Positions 10,450 to 22,341 are shown, counted from the stretch's first letter. The stretch: 63,358 nt of DNA from Paramoeba atlantica (GCA_977017575.1 CDRNVI010000166.1:1-63358); one strand, 5' to 3'. Numbers and translations are program-made. The notes: generated by a model from the sequence alone, not told the origin.

Positions 10450-11115
10450 CTAAAGGGAAGGAAAGCGCATCACGCGAGAGGAACGTGGCTTCAAAGGGGC
10501 TTCCCCAAGCGAAGGTTGAGGGAGCGAGGAAGGTTGAGTGCGCAAGTTGGGTGAAGAGATCACCGTAGAAGAAAGGGATTCCTCTGCTACATTTTCTTTA
10601 CCCTGGCCACTCTTCCGTTTGCGCCACAGAGTGCATGATCTGGAACGCTTTCCTGAAACAGAACGCCACACGTTCTCCACGAACTCCCCCACAGCTCCTT
10701 CATGAGGAGGGGCGTAGAGAGGGTTCTGTTCCAAGAAAGCTTCCAGATCACGCGTCGCCTCTGCAAGGAAGTAGACCCCTCGTGGCAGACAATCCAAGAG
10801 AAGGTGTCCTCGGCGCTCCACAAGGTGGAAGATGACACGCTGCAGCACTTGGGAGCTAACCTCCACGACACACACAGAGCGTGTGGCATGTAAGTAGCTG
10901 TCCATCGTGCGCGATCCGCGCCTCACGCATTCTTCCACCTTGGCTCCCAACTCCTCCTCAGTGACAACGAGCGCTGGGGGGGCGAAAGGAGTTTTGCGCT
11001 TCGTGAAGGTGCGCATAAGCGATGCGACAATGACGTCGTATACGTCATCATCCCTCGCAGATGTTACTTTCATACGTGAAGTGAAATCTTCGTTGCTCTC
11101 AACAGGGCTCATCAT
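10450..11115 (-). CDS. Hypothetical 221-aa protein carried inside the TIR element
   Basis: Open 221-codon frame with protein-like composition; no recognisable motif. Confidence 0.4.
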   Translation of the reverse strand: MMSPVESNEDFTSRMKVTSARDDDVYDVIVASLMRTFTKRKTPFAPPALVVTEEELGAKVEECVRRGSRTMDSYLHATRSVCVVEVSSQVLQRVIFHLVERRGHLLLDCLPRGVYFLAEATRDLEAFLEQNPLYAPPHEGAVGEFVENVWRSVSGKRSRSCTLWRKRKSGQGKENVAEESLSSTVISSPNLRTQPSSLPQPSLGEAPLKPRSSRVMRFPSL

Positions 11116-11457
11116 ATAAAAAGGAGGATAATGTAAAAGAATTATGCATGTATTGTGGAGGGTATATTAATTGTACATTTGATTTGTGTAATGCATACAC
11201 CGTTCGTATACAGCACCGCATACAGCGTACACCGTATTTTCACAGTAAGGCGGCTATGTACGGTAACAAACTAAAAAAACTACACTTTAAGCTACTTTGT
11301 ACGTGTACAACCCATTTTTTGGGTCTAAAATAGACCTCGTTCGACCTCAAATGCAAAGCGCGGGTTCGGTGCGGGTTCGGTGATGCACACCCGCAGCCCC
11401 TCATATATATATTATTATATATTCTTATAAATATATATATATATTTTATAATATATA

Positions 11458-12784
11458 AACCCCTCGACACGAATAAAGCACCCCCCTTTATTTTTTGCGT
11501 GCGGGGACCCATGGGGGTTGCAGCACCACTTTATCGTCCAGAATTTTGAGATTTGCACGTTCCCGGGGTTTTTAGCTTCATTTAAAACTTTTAAAAAAAT
11601 CAGTTTCAGAAATATTTTTTTTCTAAAATTTCATGGTAAAATCCAAGTACCGTCCCCCAAAGGGGGGGATGACCCCTATAGGTAAGACATTATTGCGCCT
11701 GAGGTTCGAGGACGGTGTCCCAAAGAAGCAACTTGCACGAGAATTTAATATTTCTGTAAAATATGTGAGACAATATTTGAAAGCAAAAGAAACCAATAAA
11801 ACCAAAATATTTACACCGAAAAAAAATATCTTACGTCGCAGAAAAAAAATAGTAACCATTATTTCACCAAAAGACATTGCTGGAGTGCCGAAACACAGCA
11901 GCGCTAGATGCATTGCGGGGAGATTGAGTAAAAAGGGGGTACATGTCACAAAACGCACTGTTCAACGTGACTTAAAAGCAATGAAATATACTTATTCCCC
12001 ACGCCCGGTTACTATGGCGTTGACCGAACGTCAGAAGGCTAAAAGGGTTGAGTTTGCCTTAGCATGGAATGGGGATTCACGCATAATTGTATTTTCTGAT
12101 GAAAAAATCATTGATACTAATGATATGCGTAAAAAAATTTGGGTTGCCCCGGGCGAAAAGGCTGCTCCAAGGCAGAAAATGCGTTGAGCCCCAAAATGCC
12201 ATGTGTGGGGTGCCATTGGAGTTGGGTGGCGTTATCTAGCTATTCTTCCCAATGACAGCTCAATTACGAGCGAAACGTATATTAAAACCCTGCGTAAAAC
12301 TCCTTTCCCCCGTAATTTTATTTTTCAACATGATGGAGCAGGCGCACACACTGCAAAAATGACAAAGTCTTATCTTTTTGAATTAGAAATTCAGTATATC
12401 AAAAATTGGCCTGCCAACTCACCTGACCTCAATCCTATAAAAAATGTATGGGAAATGATACAGCAGCGAGTATGTGGAATGAACCCCTCCAGTACTACTT
12501 CGCTTATTAGGTGTGTAAAAAAAGCATTTAAAGAAATCCCCCGAAGGGAAATAAATAAAACTGTTTTAAGCTTTGATCGTCGACTAGAAGCCTGCGTAAA
12601 GTGCAAGGGAGAAAAAGTGAAAAAGTGGTAATCGTCTACTTATATTTTACCTTAGTCACCCCAGGACAATTTTACAAGGTGCGCAAAGTCTATTCACTGA
12701 GATCTGCAAAATGCCGCAAGAATTAGCTCAAACGGACTTACCATACAAATTTTAGAGGGGGGTGCTTTATTGTGTCGAGGGGTT
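11458..12784 (+). mobile_element. Full-length AACCCC-family Tc1 with inactivated transposase (11633-12631)
   Basis: TIRs AACCCCTCGACACGAATAAAGCACCCCCC / GGGGGGTGCTTTATTGTGTCGAGGGGTT; the two ORFs are one frame broken by TGA at 12185-12187 (Trp in sister copies); catalytic E changed to K (DLNPIKN). Confidence 0.9.
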
Positions 12785-13099
12785 TATATATATATACAGT
12801 CAGCAATGTATATACAGTCAGCAAAAAAACCGTTCGAATGTTTCGGTCTTTTTTTCTTTTGTATAGAGCTATTGATTAAATATCACCGTTGCGCTGGTAA
12901 TGTGTGCTAGTAGTGTAGGCATGAGTGTCACCTAATAGTACCCGTAGATAGTTCACCTCAGTTCGTTCTACCAAAGAAGTAAGAATAAATATAAAAACGT
13001 TTAGCATTCGAAAGGTTTTTTTGCTACCTATTATAGAGAAAATCTTGTCCCAAAAAATAGATGAAACGTAATCGCCCAAGAGAGATTATGCCCGTAAAA

Positions 13100-14110
13100 T
13101 TAGTATTTAGTATTCCCCCCACGAGCCTTCAGCACTGCCTTCATACGGGCAGGCATACTGTCCACCTGGGCACGACATACTGAGGGTGGTATGTTCGCCC
13201 ATTCCATTTTTACCCTCTCCCACAACTCTCGGACCCCGCTTGGTGGATCATCGTGCGCTGCAAGGCGCCGCTTGAGTTCCCCCCAAACGTTTTCGATTGG
13301 ATTTAAGTCAGGGGACTGCGGGGGCCACCGCATGACTTCAAACCCGGTACCCCGGAGGTGCCGTTGCGCACAATGGCTTGTGTGCTTGGGGTCATTATCT
13401 TGTTGGAAGATGACCATTGGGGGGTCTAGACCCATAGTTTCGATGGAGGGGGCAAGATTCTCTTCAAGAATCTCGACGTACTGTGTGGCGTTCAGGTTCC
13501 CTTGAACTAGACGCACATGCCCCACACCGCTTCGGGACATGCACGCCCAAATCATGATGTGCCCCCCTCCGTACTTTACCGTGGGAATTACCCCTTTTTC
13601 ACCCAGTTCCTCCCCCGGGGTCCCCCATGTCCAAAGACTTCCCCCCGTTTCAAAGCGCGAGATCTTCGTCTCGTCCGACCATACAACTGGAGCCCAGTCG
13701 TGCACTGTCCAGTGCTCATGGGCCGTGGCAAAGTCCATCCGAAGCTTGCGATGGCGCTTGGACAGGTAGGGCTTGCGGACACGCTTTCTACCTTTGTGTC
13801 CGAAGCGGTGCATCGAAACTCGGATAGACTGAGGAACAACATCAGCAACGCCCTTGCGGCGCAGCTGAGATGATACCTCTCGCGCAGAATTTCCGGAGAA
13901 CACAAGTCGTCGCACACGGCGTGTGCACGGCTCGGAAAGCTTTCGAGGGCGTCCACCCTGCATCCTGAGAGTATCAGGCCTTTCTTTTTTTAATATCATA
14001 GAAATTGTTGAGATACTTAAATTTACTGTATCAGAGATGGACCTCATAGACACACCGCTGTCGTAGAGCTCTGCAATTTGGTTCTTTACGTAACGTGGTG
14101 TGGGCCTCAT
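13100..14110 (-). CDS. Intact canonical Tc1 transposase, 336 aa, D-x91-D-x34-E
   Basis: GGRPRKLS, WSDETK, KYGGGHIMIW, FQQDNDPKH, WPPQSPDLNPIENVW; a TA-CAGTCAGCAA end at 12815 downstream; opposite TIR not found. Confidence 0.93.
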   Translation of the reverse strand: MRPTPRYVKNQIAELYDSGVSMRSISDTVNLSISTISMILKKERPDTLRMQGGRPRKLSEPCTRRVRRLVFSGNSAREVSSQLRRKGVADVVPQSIRVSMHRFGHKGRKRVRKPYLSKRHRKLRMDFATAHEHWTVHDWAPVVWSDETKISRFETGGSLWTWGTPGEELGEKGVIPTVKYGGGHIMIWACMSRSGVGHVRLVQGNLNATQYVEILEENLAPSIETMGLDPPMVIFQQDNDPKHTSHCAQRHLRGTGFEVMRWPPQSPDLNPIENVWGELKRRLAAHDDPPSGVRELWERVKMEWANIPPSVCRAQVDSMPARMKAVLKARGGNTKY

Positions 14111-14207
14111 ATAGAGTGCAAAATGTAACTGTGTAAGATAAACAATGTAATAGTGTAAGATAAACTCTATAACCTAAAATTCTTCTTACCTAAAATTTTT
14201 ATTTTCT

Positions 14208-14489
14208 ATGAGGCCCACACCACGTTACGTAAAGAAACAAATTGCAGAGCTCTACGACAGCGGTGTGTCTATGAGGTCCATCTCTGATACAGTAAATTTA
14301 AGTATCTCAACAATTTCTATGATATTAAAAAAAGAAAGGCCTGATACTCTCAGGATGCAGGGCGGACGCCCTCGAAAGCTTTCCGAGCCGTTCACACGCC
14401 GTGTGCGACGACTTGTGTTCTCCGGAAATTCTGCGCGAGAGGTATCATCTCAGCTGCGCCGCGAGGGCGTTGCTGATGTTGTTCCTCAG
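14208..14489 (+). repeat. Inverted duplicate of the first 282 bp of the Tc1 transposase
   Basis: Reverse complement of 13829-14110 with about 3 mismatches; 97-bp spacer. Confidence 0.92.
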
Positions 14490-14784
14490 AATCCCCGGGG
14501 GTTCATGTGATCTATCAGATAAGCTTTTACTGTTTTGCTTAGAGCGGGATCGCTTTTGCGGCATAATAGTTAATAGCTGAAAAACAAAAAAATATGGAAA
14601 AAACTGCAAAAATTGAAAAAGCTGCAACTTTTAGGGGGGTAAAAAACCTTTAAAAAATATCTTTTTCAAATTTGTTTTCTTTTAACTTGATAATAGCCCC
14701 AAAACATATCGAGTGCGCTATTATTTTCCAAAATTGCGCAAAAATTGCCAATTTTAGACCCCCCAGCATCTTTTCGCACCCCTG
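14490..14784 (-). mobile_element. Terminal fragment of a CAGGGG-TIR Tc1-like element
   Basis: Ends GCACCCCTG-TA; MPQKRSRSKQNSKSLSDRSHEP start shared with 31960-32030. Confidence 0.6.
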
Positions 14785-15053
14785 TACGATGTGTCAACGG
14801 ACTGATTCAGAGTGTTGTGTGTTCTGCCACATACAGACATTATATTACACATCCAGACTTCTTTTTTTGCGCATTATTGTATTATGCCCCCCTGAACATC
14901 CCATCACGCGATTACCCATGCGCAGCACTGGAACATAAACGCCATTTACAGCGCTTAGGCGCTCAAAACCACATAATAGAAAGAAGAGCGCCGCGAAGCG
15001 GCGCGGTTTTTTTTTTTTGAGTGGAAAATTTTCACCCTCAACCTGAAACATAC

Positions 15054-16611
15054 CAGGGTTCGCGGAAACTTTAAAACTTTAAATAAAGTACTTTATAGTA
15101 ACTTTATTTTTTAAAAAAAACTTTAGTTTACTTTATTTTTCCCTTTCACTTTTTAAGGAGGCTGACGGCTCTTTAGCACATTTACTTTTTGAACGTACAC
15201 ATCCAATGTACATAATCTTGTATTTATTGTCTCCTTCATCTTTCCTTTCCCTTTCCTATGGATAACTCATCCGAGGAAAGTTCTGCAAGGAATTTTTCAT
15301 TGAAATGAAGAGCGCTGAAGCCGACAAGCAAGTAGCAGAGTGTAAGTTGTGTCTTGAAGGTGGACGTAAACGCTTTTTGATCGCCAGAGGTCTGTGAGAC
15401 CGACTACATGGCTCCAGAAAAACACCTGCTCATCTAATAGCTTGGTAAGCGCTTTTAGAGTGCTTGGACAAGTCTTCTCCTAGGATTTCGCACTCTTCTT
15501 CTACACATTGAGTAATTTTATCTTCGTGTGTTCTTGCAAAAATGGTCAAATGCCTTACGATTTCTGGCTATATTAACGATGGATTTCATGTCAAACATAT
15601 CTGTATCTGAATCTTCTCCTTGATTTCTCTTTGTGTTAGAAATGCGCTTTGGTAGCTGTTCTGACGCTCTTTTTATCGCACTCGAGAGTCTATCCCACAT
15701 TACATGAACCATTACACTGTCTCTCGGTCTTTTGCTGCTCCCTTGCATTGAGCTCGCAATGTTGTTAATAAACGTGTCCCTTATATTTTCATTGCGAAGA
15801 GATCCCCAGAAAGGTTTATTCGAATTAGATTCACAAGAGCAATTTTCAATGCTTCCTGGATGAGTGTATTTTTACGGCCTGGCACGCATTTCGACGATGA
15901 CCCGCGACATGTCTCCGCATTTCTGACGAAAACGAAGCACGCAGCACGAGCAGAAAAAGAGTTTAATAGCTCAAACGCTGCGGTCTCTCTCTCGTCGGAA
16001 ATCAAGCATCGATGCGCTGAGAATTTATACTTCTGAGACCTGATCAGAAAGGGGATTTCGGCGATCAAAGGACACAAATATGAAATTTCACGATGCTTCA
16101 ACACTAGTGCGAAACTTGCCCGAGACGCTGAACCATACATCGCATTTGACTGTCTGTCACATTCGCGTCCTCCATTGAGGCTTCCCCCCAACTTCCCCAC
16201 TCTTCTGGCCAGCTTCTTCGACGGGACGAGCCGCGCGATCGCGCCAGGGGGCATGAAATATGTCAGAATAACAAAAGGTTGACGAGGGCTTTCTCCCCGA
16301 CCCCTTTTAGATAACAAGATAGATAGATTTTTCCAGCAAGGTAAAGCCGACGATGAAGAATCGGATCCCCACTTTTTAACAACAAACGCGTCTCCTGTAG
16401 AGCCATTACTGATACACCGTAACTCCTCATGGAGTTTTGTAGACTCCTACAGTCCAGAGTGTTGCCCCGACAGATTTTTGGACACGCCACCCGTCAGTAA
16501 AGTCCACTGTTCCACTAGGCAGCCGTATTCTGTCGCTTTTTTTGAAAAATGAAAAATAAAGTTTTTTAAAGTTTTATAGTAAAATAAAGTCAATAAAGTA
16601 CTACACCCCTG
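15054..16611. mobile_element. Decayed hAT-like element (CAGGG termini, ACTTTATT subterminal repeats, BED-finger remnant)
   Basis: CAGGGTT ... CCCCTG; CKEFFIEMKSAEADKQVAECKLC and TTWLQK(H)L at about 15285-15430; no matching 8-bp TSD. Confidence 0.4.
16340..16490 (-). pseudogene. APE-endonuclease N-terminal fragment of a LINE
   Basis: CRSLQNSMRSYGVSVMALQETR motif. Confidence 0.45.
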
Positions 16612-16943
16612 TTCCACTTTTTTGCCCGCAATTGATTGAGCGCACCAGATGAGCTTTTCGAATAATTTTTTCAGCAAAGTACGTAGATGATTCGCCAGAG
16701 CGTGTAAAAAATGCGTTTTTCACCCCTTGTTTCAGCTGTGGTGACTGAGAAAAAAAGGTTCGTTTTTTCCACGTTTTTCAGTAACAAATTGCATTTTTTT
16801 TTTGTTTTTTTAGGTTATTTTACCACAATTTATGTATACTTCTATCTTCCATTTCTCTTTTGAAATGTCCTGATTATTTATTCTATGAACAATACTGCGT
16901 TTTTAAGACTCCTTCGTTTTATTAATAATATTTCTTACTAGTA

Positions 16944-18830
16944 ATGCACAATCGTCACCCAAGTTCTTTATCCCTTGAAGATTTAGTTCGCTCTGGCGAA
17001 TTGATCCAACTTCAGAGCGGGAGATATTTTTTATGCGACCGAGATCAGGATGCGTTGCCTACCTTGACCCCTCCACTATCAGATTCTTTCATCTCCTCAG
17101 AGCTTCATCTTTCTGTTTCCTCTTCTTCGGTACCACCTGATACTCCTGTCGAGGGTGATTTAACATTCTTCGTTTCACCTGTGGTTGCTTCTCCTCCTGT
17201 CGGAAATCCTCCAGACCTTCCTCTCTTAGCATCCGACTTTTCTGATACAGAAAGTGACGACGTATCTTGTACTTCCTCGATTGTTGAGGACAACTGGAGC
17301 GAAGAAAAGGGCGTCGAAGCGTATGCAGCTTCCCTAGGTCATATGAGGGAGGAAGGTGAATCTTTTGAATCATTCGTGACTAGGATGCAAAATTCGGAAC
17401 CCCCTATGGAGCAAACAGGGGAGCAAATGAACCTGATTGACCTCATTACGACTTCTCATGCAGCAGGAGTGGAAGTGAATCTTGTCGAGCACATCACGAC
17501 TTCACATGGCGTTTTGCCGACGGAAACGGAAGAAAAATTGAGAGCCGAGTTGAGAGACAGTCGAGACCTTTGTCGGGTTAAAGCCAAAGAATGTACCTCT
17601 CTGAGAAAGAAAATCACAGCGATGGAGAAAAAGCTCGTATCTTCTCAAAATGAACGAGCGGATATCGTGAAGATGATTAGTGAATTGCGTGAAAGGTGCA
17701 GCATCGCTGAAATTGAAAAAGACAAGGCTGTTCAGTTAAAAGAAGGAGTTACCCTGGAATGCGAGAAAAGAGCCGCTAAAGAAATTAAACTCCTAAATAT
17801 CTTGAGCTACCTCCAGCAACGACCCGTTGAAGAAGCACCTTCTTCTGATGAAGGGGATTCAGTTATACGGCGTGGGCGTCCCTTAAAGCGCAAGCGTGGA
17901 AGAAAACCGCGAGATACCGATTCTCTACCAATCCTAGTCCACGGAAAAGGGGCGCTCAATGAGGAAGACAAATTTGCCTTCAAAAAGATTCAATCAACGG
18001 GACGAGTGCAACGTTGGGAGTTGGGCTACATGTTTTCTTTGGAGCGCACGACATGTCGGCGGCTCTGGAATTCTCCTCTCAAAGTTTCCACCGGAGAGGA
18101 GCAGGGTGAAAGCAATTCCATTGTGAAATGGGAACACTACGATGCGGCTACTGACCTTTTGCCGCAAGCAATTTCTATGTACGGCTCGTACCGTACAATT
18201 ACAGATATTCAATGCGTGTACGTGAAGCTGACAAACTTCAAGATCGTCCCTTCTCGCAAGAAGGTAGGCCAATTATTATTGCACCATAAGTATCACTACG
18301 GACCGAAAGTTCATACTCTTTGTCTGAGTGTATCAAAGATGGAAGCCCGAGTTCGCTTTGCACAAGCAATGCTGCAAGAGCAGGACAATCGAGACCAAAA
18401 TTTTTTTTCGCGCCTAATTTTTTCTGACGAGGTTATGATACAGGCCGGTGACTCATCCAGAAAAAGGCTGGGCAACACCCGGATTCCCCAGTATCCAAAT
18501 CCCGCACGGACCATCCACCTCAAATAATGTTATGGGGCGCTATGGATGTCGACGGGAATTTCCTCCATCACTGGTGTGAATTCAAATCTTTTTACGACGA
18601 ATATACTCGAAACGGGGGTCAAGAAGAAATTCCTCCAAACAAAGGGCTCGGAACATTGTATTATCGAAGTTGCATTTTGCAAAAGACGTATCTTCCGTGG
18701 GAGAAGATAGGAAACAAAATTTTTATGGACGATAACGCGCCTGGCACAAGGCCATACTAACAATCGCCTGGTGGAAATCTCATCCCCGGGTTGAGGCTCT
18801 GCGGCTTTGTAAAGAGCGATCGGTACTTGA
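16944..18830 (+). pseudogene. Tc1-like DDE transposase with about 400-aa N-terminal extension, frameshifted
   Basis: 527-aa ORF ending RFAQAM...LIFSDEV; next frame MLWGAM...IFMDDNAP; third catalytic residue region missing; N-terminus acidic Ser/Pro-rich, coiled coil, RRGRP and KRGRKPR motifs. Confidence 0.7.
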
Positions 18831-19624
18831 AGTCTCCTGCTTGTCGGAAGGAATGTTATAAACTGCACCGTACTTTTAAAAAACGAATGGAAATGGTTAT
18901 TTTGTATGGAGGAAAGAAGATCCCTTACTGAAATACTACAGTGAATCTTTCATCCACTTTAGTATTTCGATAGAAATTATGCAATTTTCTGCAAGTTTTA
19001 GTTCAGAGGAACATGTTTAAGTATTTGCATCTCTGTGAAAACCGCGTCTGCCTTTGACAAAATTTTCAAAAAAAAAGAAAAAATTCTTTTTCTTTTCGAT
19101 GTTCTTCTTTCAGAGATGACACGTCTTTTGACAAGACACGAGCTTTGATGATGAAATCTCCCCCACCTAAACCAAAGAGGAGGCTCTCACACTCTCCCAG
19201 GATGGCCTGCAGACTCCTCGGATCTGCCTTTCCTATCAAACCGAGTTATTTTACTTGAAGATGAGATTTTTTGAAAAGTTTCACAGGATTTTTTTCACTG
19301 CCTAGATGAGCAAATTCTCAGATTTTTGCCCTTCCTCCCACGTTTATCGCATGCTGTTTAACTATAGGCATATTTTTCCCTGGTAGGGCATCACCTAATT
19401 ATGCCGAAAAACCACTCTTTAGACCCAAATAGAAACTTTTTTTTATCACATAATACCGGGCAAAACAGGGGAACGGGGGTGTATATAGTAACTTTATTCG
19501 CAAAAACAACTTTATTTTACTTTATTAAAGAAACATACTACCCGCCCCCCACTTATAGTGCCGTTTGGTCGAAAACCGCGGCACTATAAGTGTCGGGGAG
19601 CACAGTACCTTAATTTCTGGTACC

Positions 19625-20320
19625 TTAATTTTAATTACCATTATTAGTGTTTTGACGGTAATATAATAGAAGAAAAAAATATAAAAGGGGGGCCCGGTGG
19701 TCCAAAGCTGAAAAACAATTTGAAAAAAATGGGCGGTCTAGGGGGGTCCATGGGGGGGACATACGTCGCGAATATTTTTTTCGAATTTTTTGCTTTTCAA
19801 AATCGAGCGCAGGGAAGTGGTAGAGTATGCCGCGGCAATTAAATTTATATTCCACCCCTCCACCTGGGGGTGACCCCCCCTGATACGCGCAGGATGGGTC
19901 CAACCAAGTTCGAAATTTCCGAAATTTTTTGGGTGACCCAAAAAAAATTTGACCCAAATTAACATTGTCTAACAAGTACTTTTTACTTTTTTTAAAAAAA
20001 GTAAAAATATATTTTTTCCAAAATCGACTACTGAAACGTATTTTAAGAGTTTTGGACCTCAGCTACCATTCTGCAACGTTTTTTTCGGAAAATTCGCCTC
20101 CTACCCCTACTGGTAAGGCATTAAAAACGTCCCAAATTTTGGAGTAAAATTTCGCTATTTTCACCTAAAAATTGGTCTTTTCACCCAAAAAAGGAGTTTG
20201 TTCATGATATTTCTCTTTTACTCGCTTTATTAAACGCGGAGGTAGTTTTCAACACGAAGCGCGCAGCATGAGTGCCTTCTAGGTTGAAAACAAACACCGC
20301 GTTTAACGAAGCGACAAAAA
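19625..20320 (-). repeat. Copy of a composite dispersed repeat (hairpin module + GGTAAGGCAT module + GGACCCCCC module)
   Basis: Reverse-complement homolog of 54330-55090; partial copies at 42585-42880 and 43410-44140. Confidence 0.7.
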
Positions 20321-20853
20321 AAATGAAACCAGTCTGGAAAGCGAGGGCCATATCTAGAAAAACACAAACTACTCTATTCGAAGCACATGTTATGTCTATT
20401 CTTATGTACGAATGCTGTACATGGAATCTGTCACCGACACAGTTCAGGAGGATCAACCAGACATACGTAAAGATGGTCAGGTATGTGCTAAAATTACCTA
20501 ATGTAACTATTATACATAAGCCCAGCGACCCAAAAGGAGAAAACCAGAAACTATACATTTCCTATGAAGAATCTCTCAAGGTGACACACACGCCTACAAT
20601 GCAAGAAAGATCGGATACCCGAATACTATTTTACGCGGGGCATGTGGCACGCGTGGGCCCCGAAAGAATCCCAAGCCGACTACTATTCGGAAGCTGCGAC
20701 GGGCAAAAAAGGGGACGTAAACAACAATCCATGCATGAAACAATCGCCCAAGCAGCTGAGAGAGCAGAATTTCAGCCTTTCTCATGGAAGCTTCAAAGTC
20801 AAAATAGAAAGATATGGAATAAAGCAATATACGAATACCGCCAAACTAAGTAA
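20320..20853 (+). pseudogene. 3' end of an RTE-clade LINE ORF (5'-truncated)
   Basis: W..R.IS.KT...LFEAHVMSILMYECCTW; RILFYAGHVARVGPERIPSRLLFG...KRGRK...W...SQNRKIW. Confidence 0.8.
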
Positions 20854-21354
20854 CTGGTATGCCCCCCCGTTTTATTTTATGTTGTATGTTAGATTAGCAC
20901 GAACAAGTCGGGTGTGTATCTTCTATGGTCGAGTTTTACTCTCATGTCGATACGGATGTCTTGCACATCAGCACCCGCACAGCGTACCTAGGCTGGAACT
21001 AGGGAGCCATATCTTTTCGAAGACAAACAGCTCTGACAATTAACAATTAACAAACTGTACCCTAAATTCTCTTCAAAAGGCCTATCTAACTTGTTAACGA
21101 GGTGGAAACCATCGACAAATTGTCTTATTTATGTCGAATTGCACCTTGCAAGAACCTAAAAACAAGAAACGAAGTCGTCTTTGATGCAAATATACATTTT
21201 TGAAAAAATATTTTTTTAGGGTACATTTTGACTGCAGTTGAGCCAAAGTTTTTGTATTCTAAAGTAAGACAGACACACAAAAGACGCTCGAATCTTTATG
21301 AATCGAATTTTGGTTAATTATGAGTAAAGCAGTGTAGTTACATCTATTTTATAC

Positions 21355-22341
21355 TTGTTTAGAGGAATGTCACAAGACTTTATTGATCACACAGCATCTC
21401 TGTTTTGCGTGAACTATTATAGACATCTTTCGAACGCCACGATCGCTGATAATCGTTTCTCTCTGGATGCCAAAAACAAGCTTATGTCTATGTACGAATC
21501 GAATTGTCAAATTCGTACGAAAGTATCTGATAGCTCCAGTGGCTTGAGAGAATCAGATCGATCGCCACCCGAATCCGAAAACGAATCCTTGACCTACCGA
21601 ATAAGTATTTTATCGAACTTGCTCCTTACAGAAAGTTCCATTTCTATCCAATCTCTGCAGGCGATCAACGTTTCTACCTCCTTACACAAAGATGCTCGGG
21701 AAGCACCGAACGGGGCATGTATCCTACTTCGAATTGAAGCGTTAATAGGCGAAAATAGCAGTTTGTACCAAGTGGTTCTGCTTCTCGATCGAACGACTAC
21801 GAACCAAAACAAAAGTTTTCGTATTGCTGGAGATATGCTAATGCTCTATCGTAATTATCACTCGTTTCATCTTTCTTCTACACTGGCAGAAGTCATCACT
21901 GAGAAATTACCTTTAGAAGATGAGGAAACCAATAAACTAACCTTGCCAAAGCATGAAGGATACTCCTCGAACTCACCTGTTGACTCGTATCACAGTCGAA
22001 AAAATAAGGAACAATCGTATAGGGACACTTTGAATGCACCAGAGAAGTGTACCATAGAAAAGCGGGTGCACTATACGTCTAGAAACCATAAAAATTTTGT
22101 GCTGCTAAAAGTTCCGCATCTTTCCACTGAAGAATTTAACATTCGAAGCATTACGAAAGCATTGAAGGGGAGGGTGGAGGTTAAAAAATTGAGTATGGTA
22201 TCCAATAGCCTCGCTTGCCAGGTGCAATTCTATAGCAGAAAGGACGCTGAAAAGCTTATGAAGATTGTTCGTCGTGAAGGACTCTTGATTGAGAATCACT
22301 TAGCAATGGCAAAATTTTCCGAAACAAATATACTTGTGTAA
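21355..22341 (+). CDS. Hypothetical protein, possible C-terminal RRM-like domain
   Basis: 328-aa open frame (first ATG 21367); FVLLKVPHL...ACQVQFYSRKDAEKLM resembles RNP2/RNP1. Confidence 0.7.
   Translation: MFRGMSQDFIDHTASLFCVNYYRHLSNATIADNRFSLDAKNKLMSMYESNCQIRTKVSDSSSGLRESDRSPPESENESLTYRISILSNLLLTESSISIQSLQAINVSTSLHKDAREAPNGACILLRIEALIGENSSLYQVVLLLDRTTTNQNKSFRIAGDMLMLYRNYHSFHLSSTLAEVITEKLPLEDEETNKLTLPKHEGYSSNSPVDSYHSRKNKEQSYRDTLNAPEKCTIEKRVHYTSRNHKNFVLLKVPHLSTEEFNIRSITKALKGRVEVKKLSMVSNSLACQVQFYSRKDAEKLMKIVRREGLLIENHLAMAKFSETNILV

Larger units (their letters stand above)
8849..11403. mobile_element. Non-autonomous TIR element (TGAGGGGCTGCGG) with passenger ORF and nested Tc1
   Basis: 13-bp TIR at 8849-8861 and 11391-11403; TATATATA on both sides; subterminal GCGGGTTCGG repeats at both ends. 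Confidence 0.6.

Noticed and set aside
12185-12187. Stop-codon reassignment (TGA or TAG read as Trp), suggested by stops at Trp positions at 12185, 23700 and about 34067
   Set aside because: Both TGA and TAG occur, only in decayed TE copies that carry other lesions, and host ORFs terminate normally with TAA, TAG and TGA
13191-13956. Several overlapping ORFs within the Tc1 transposase
   Set aside because: Shadow frames of a GC-rich coding sequence
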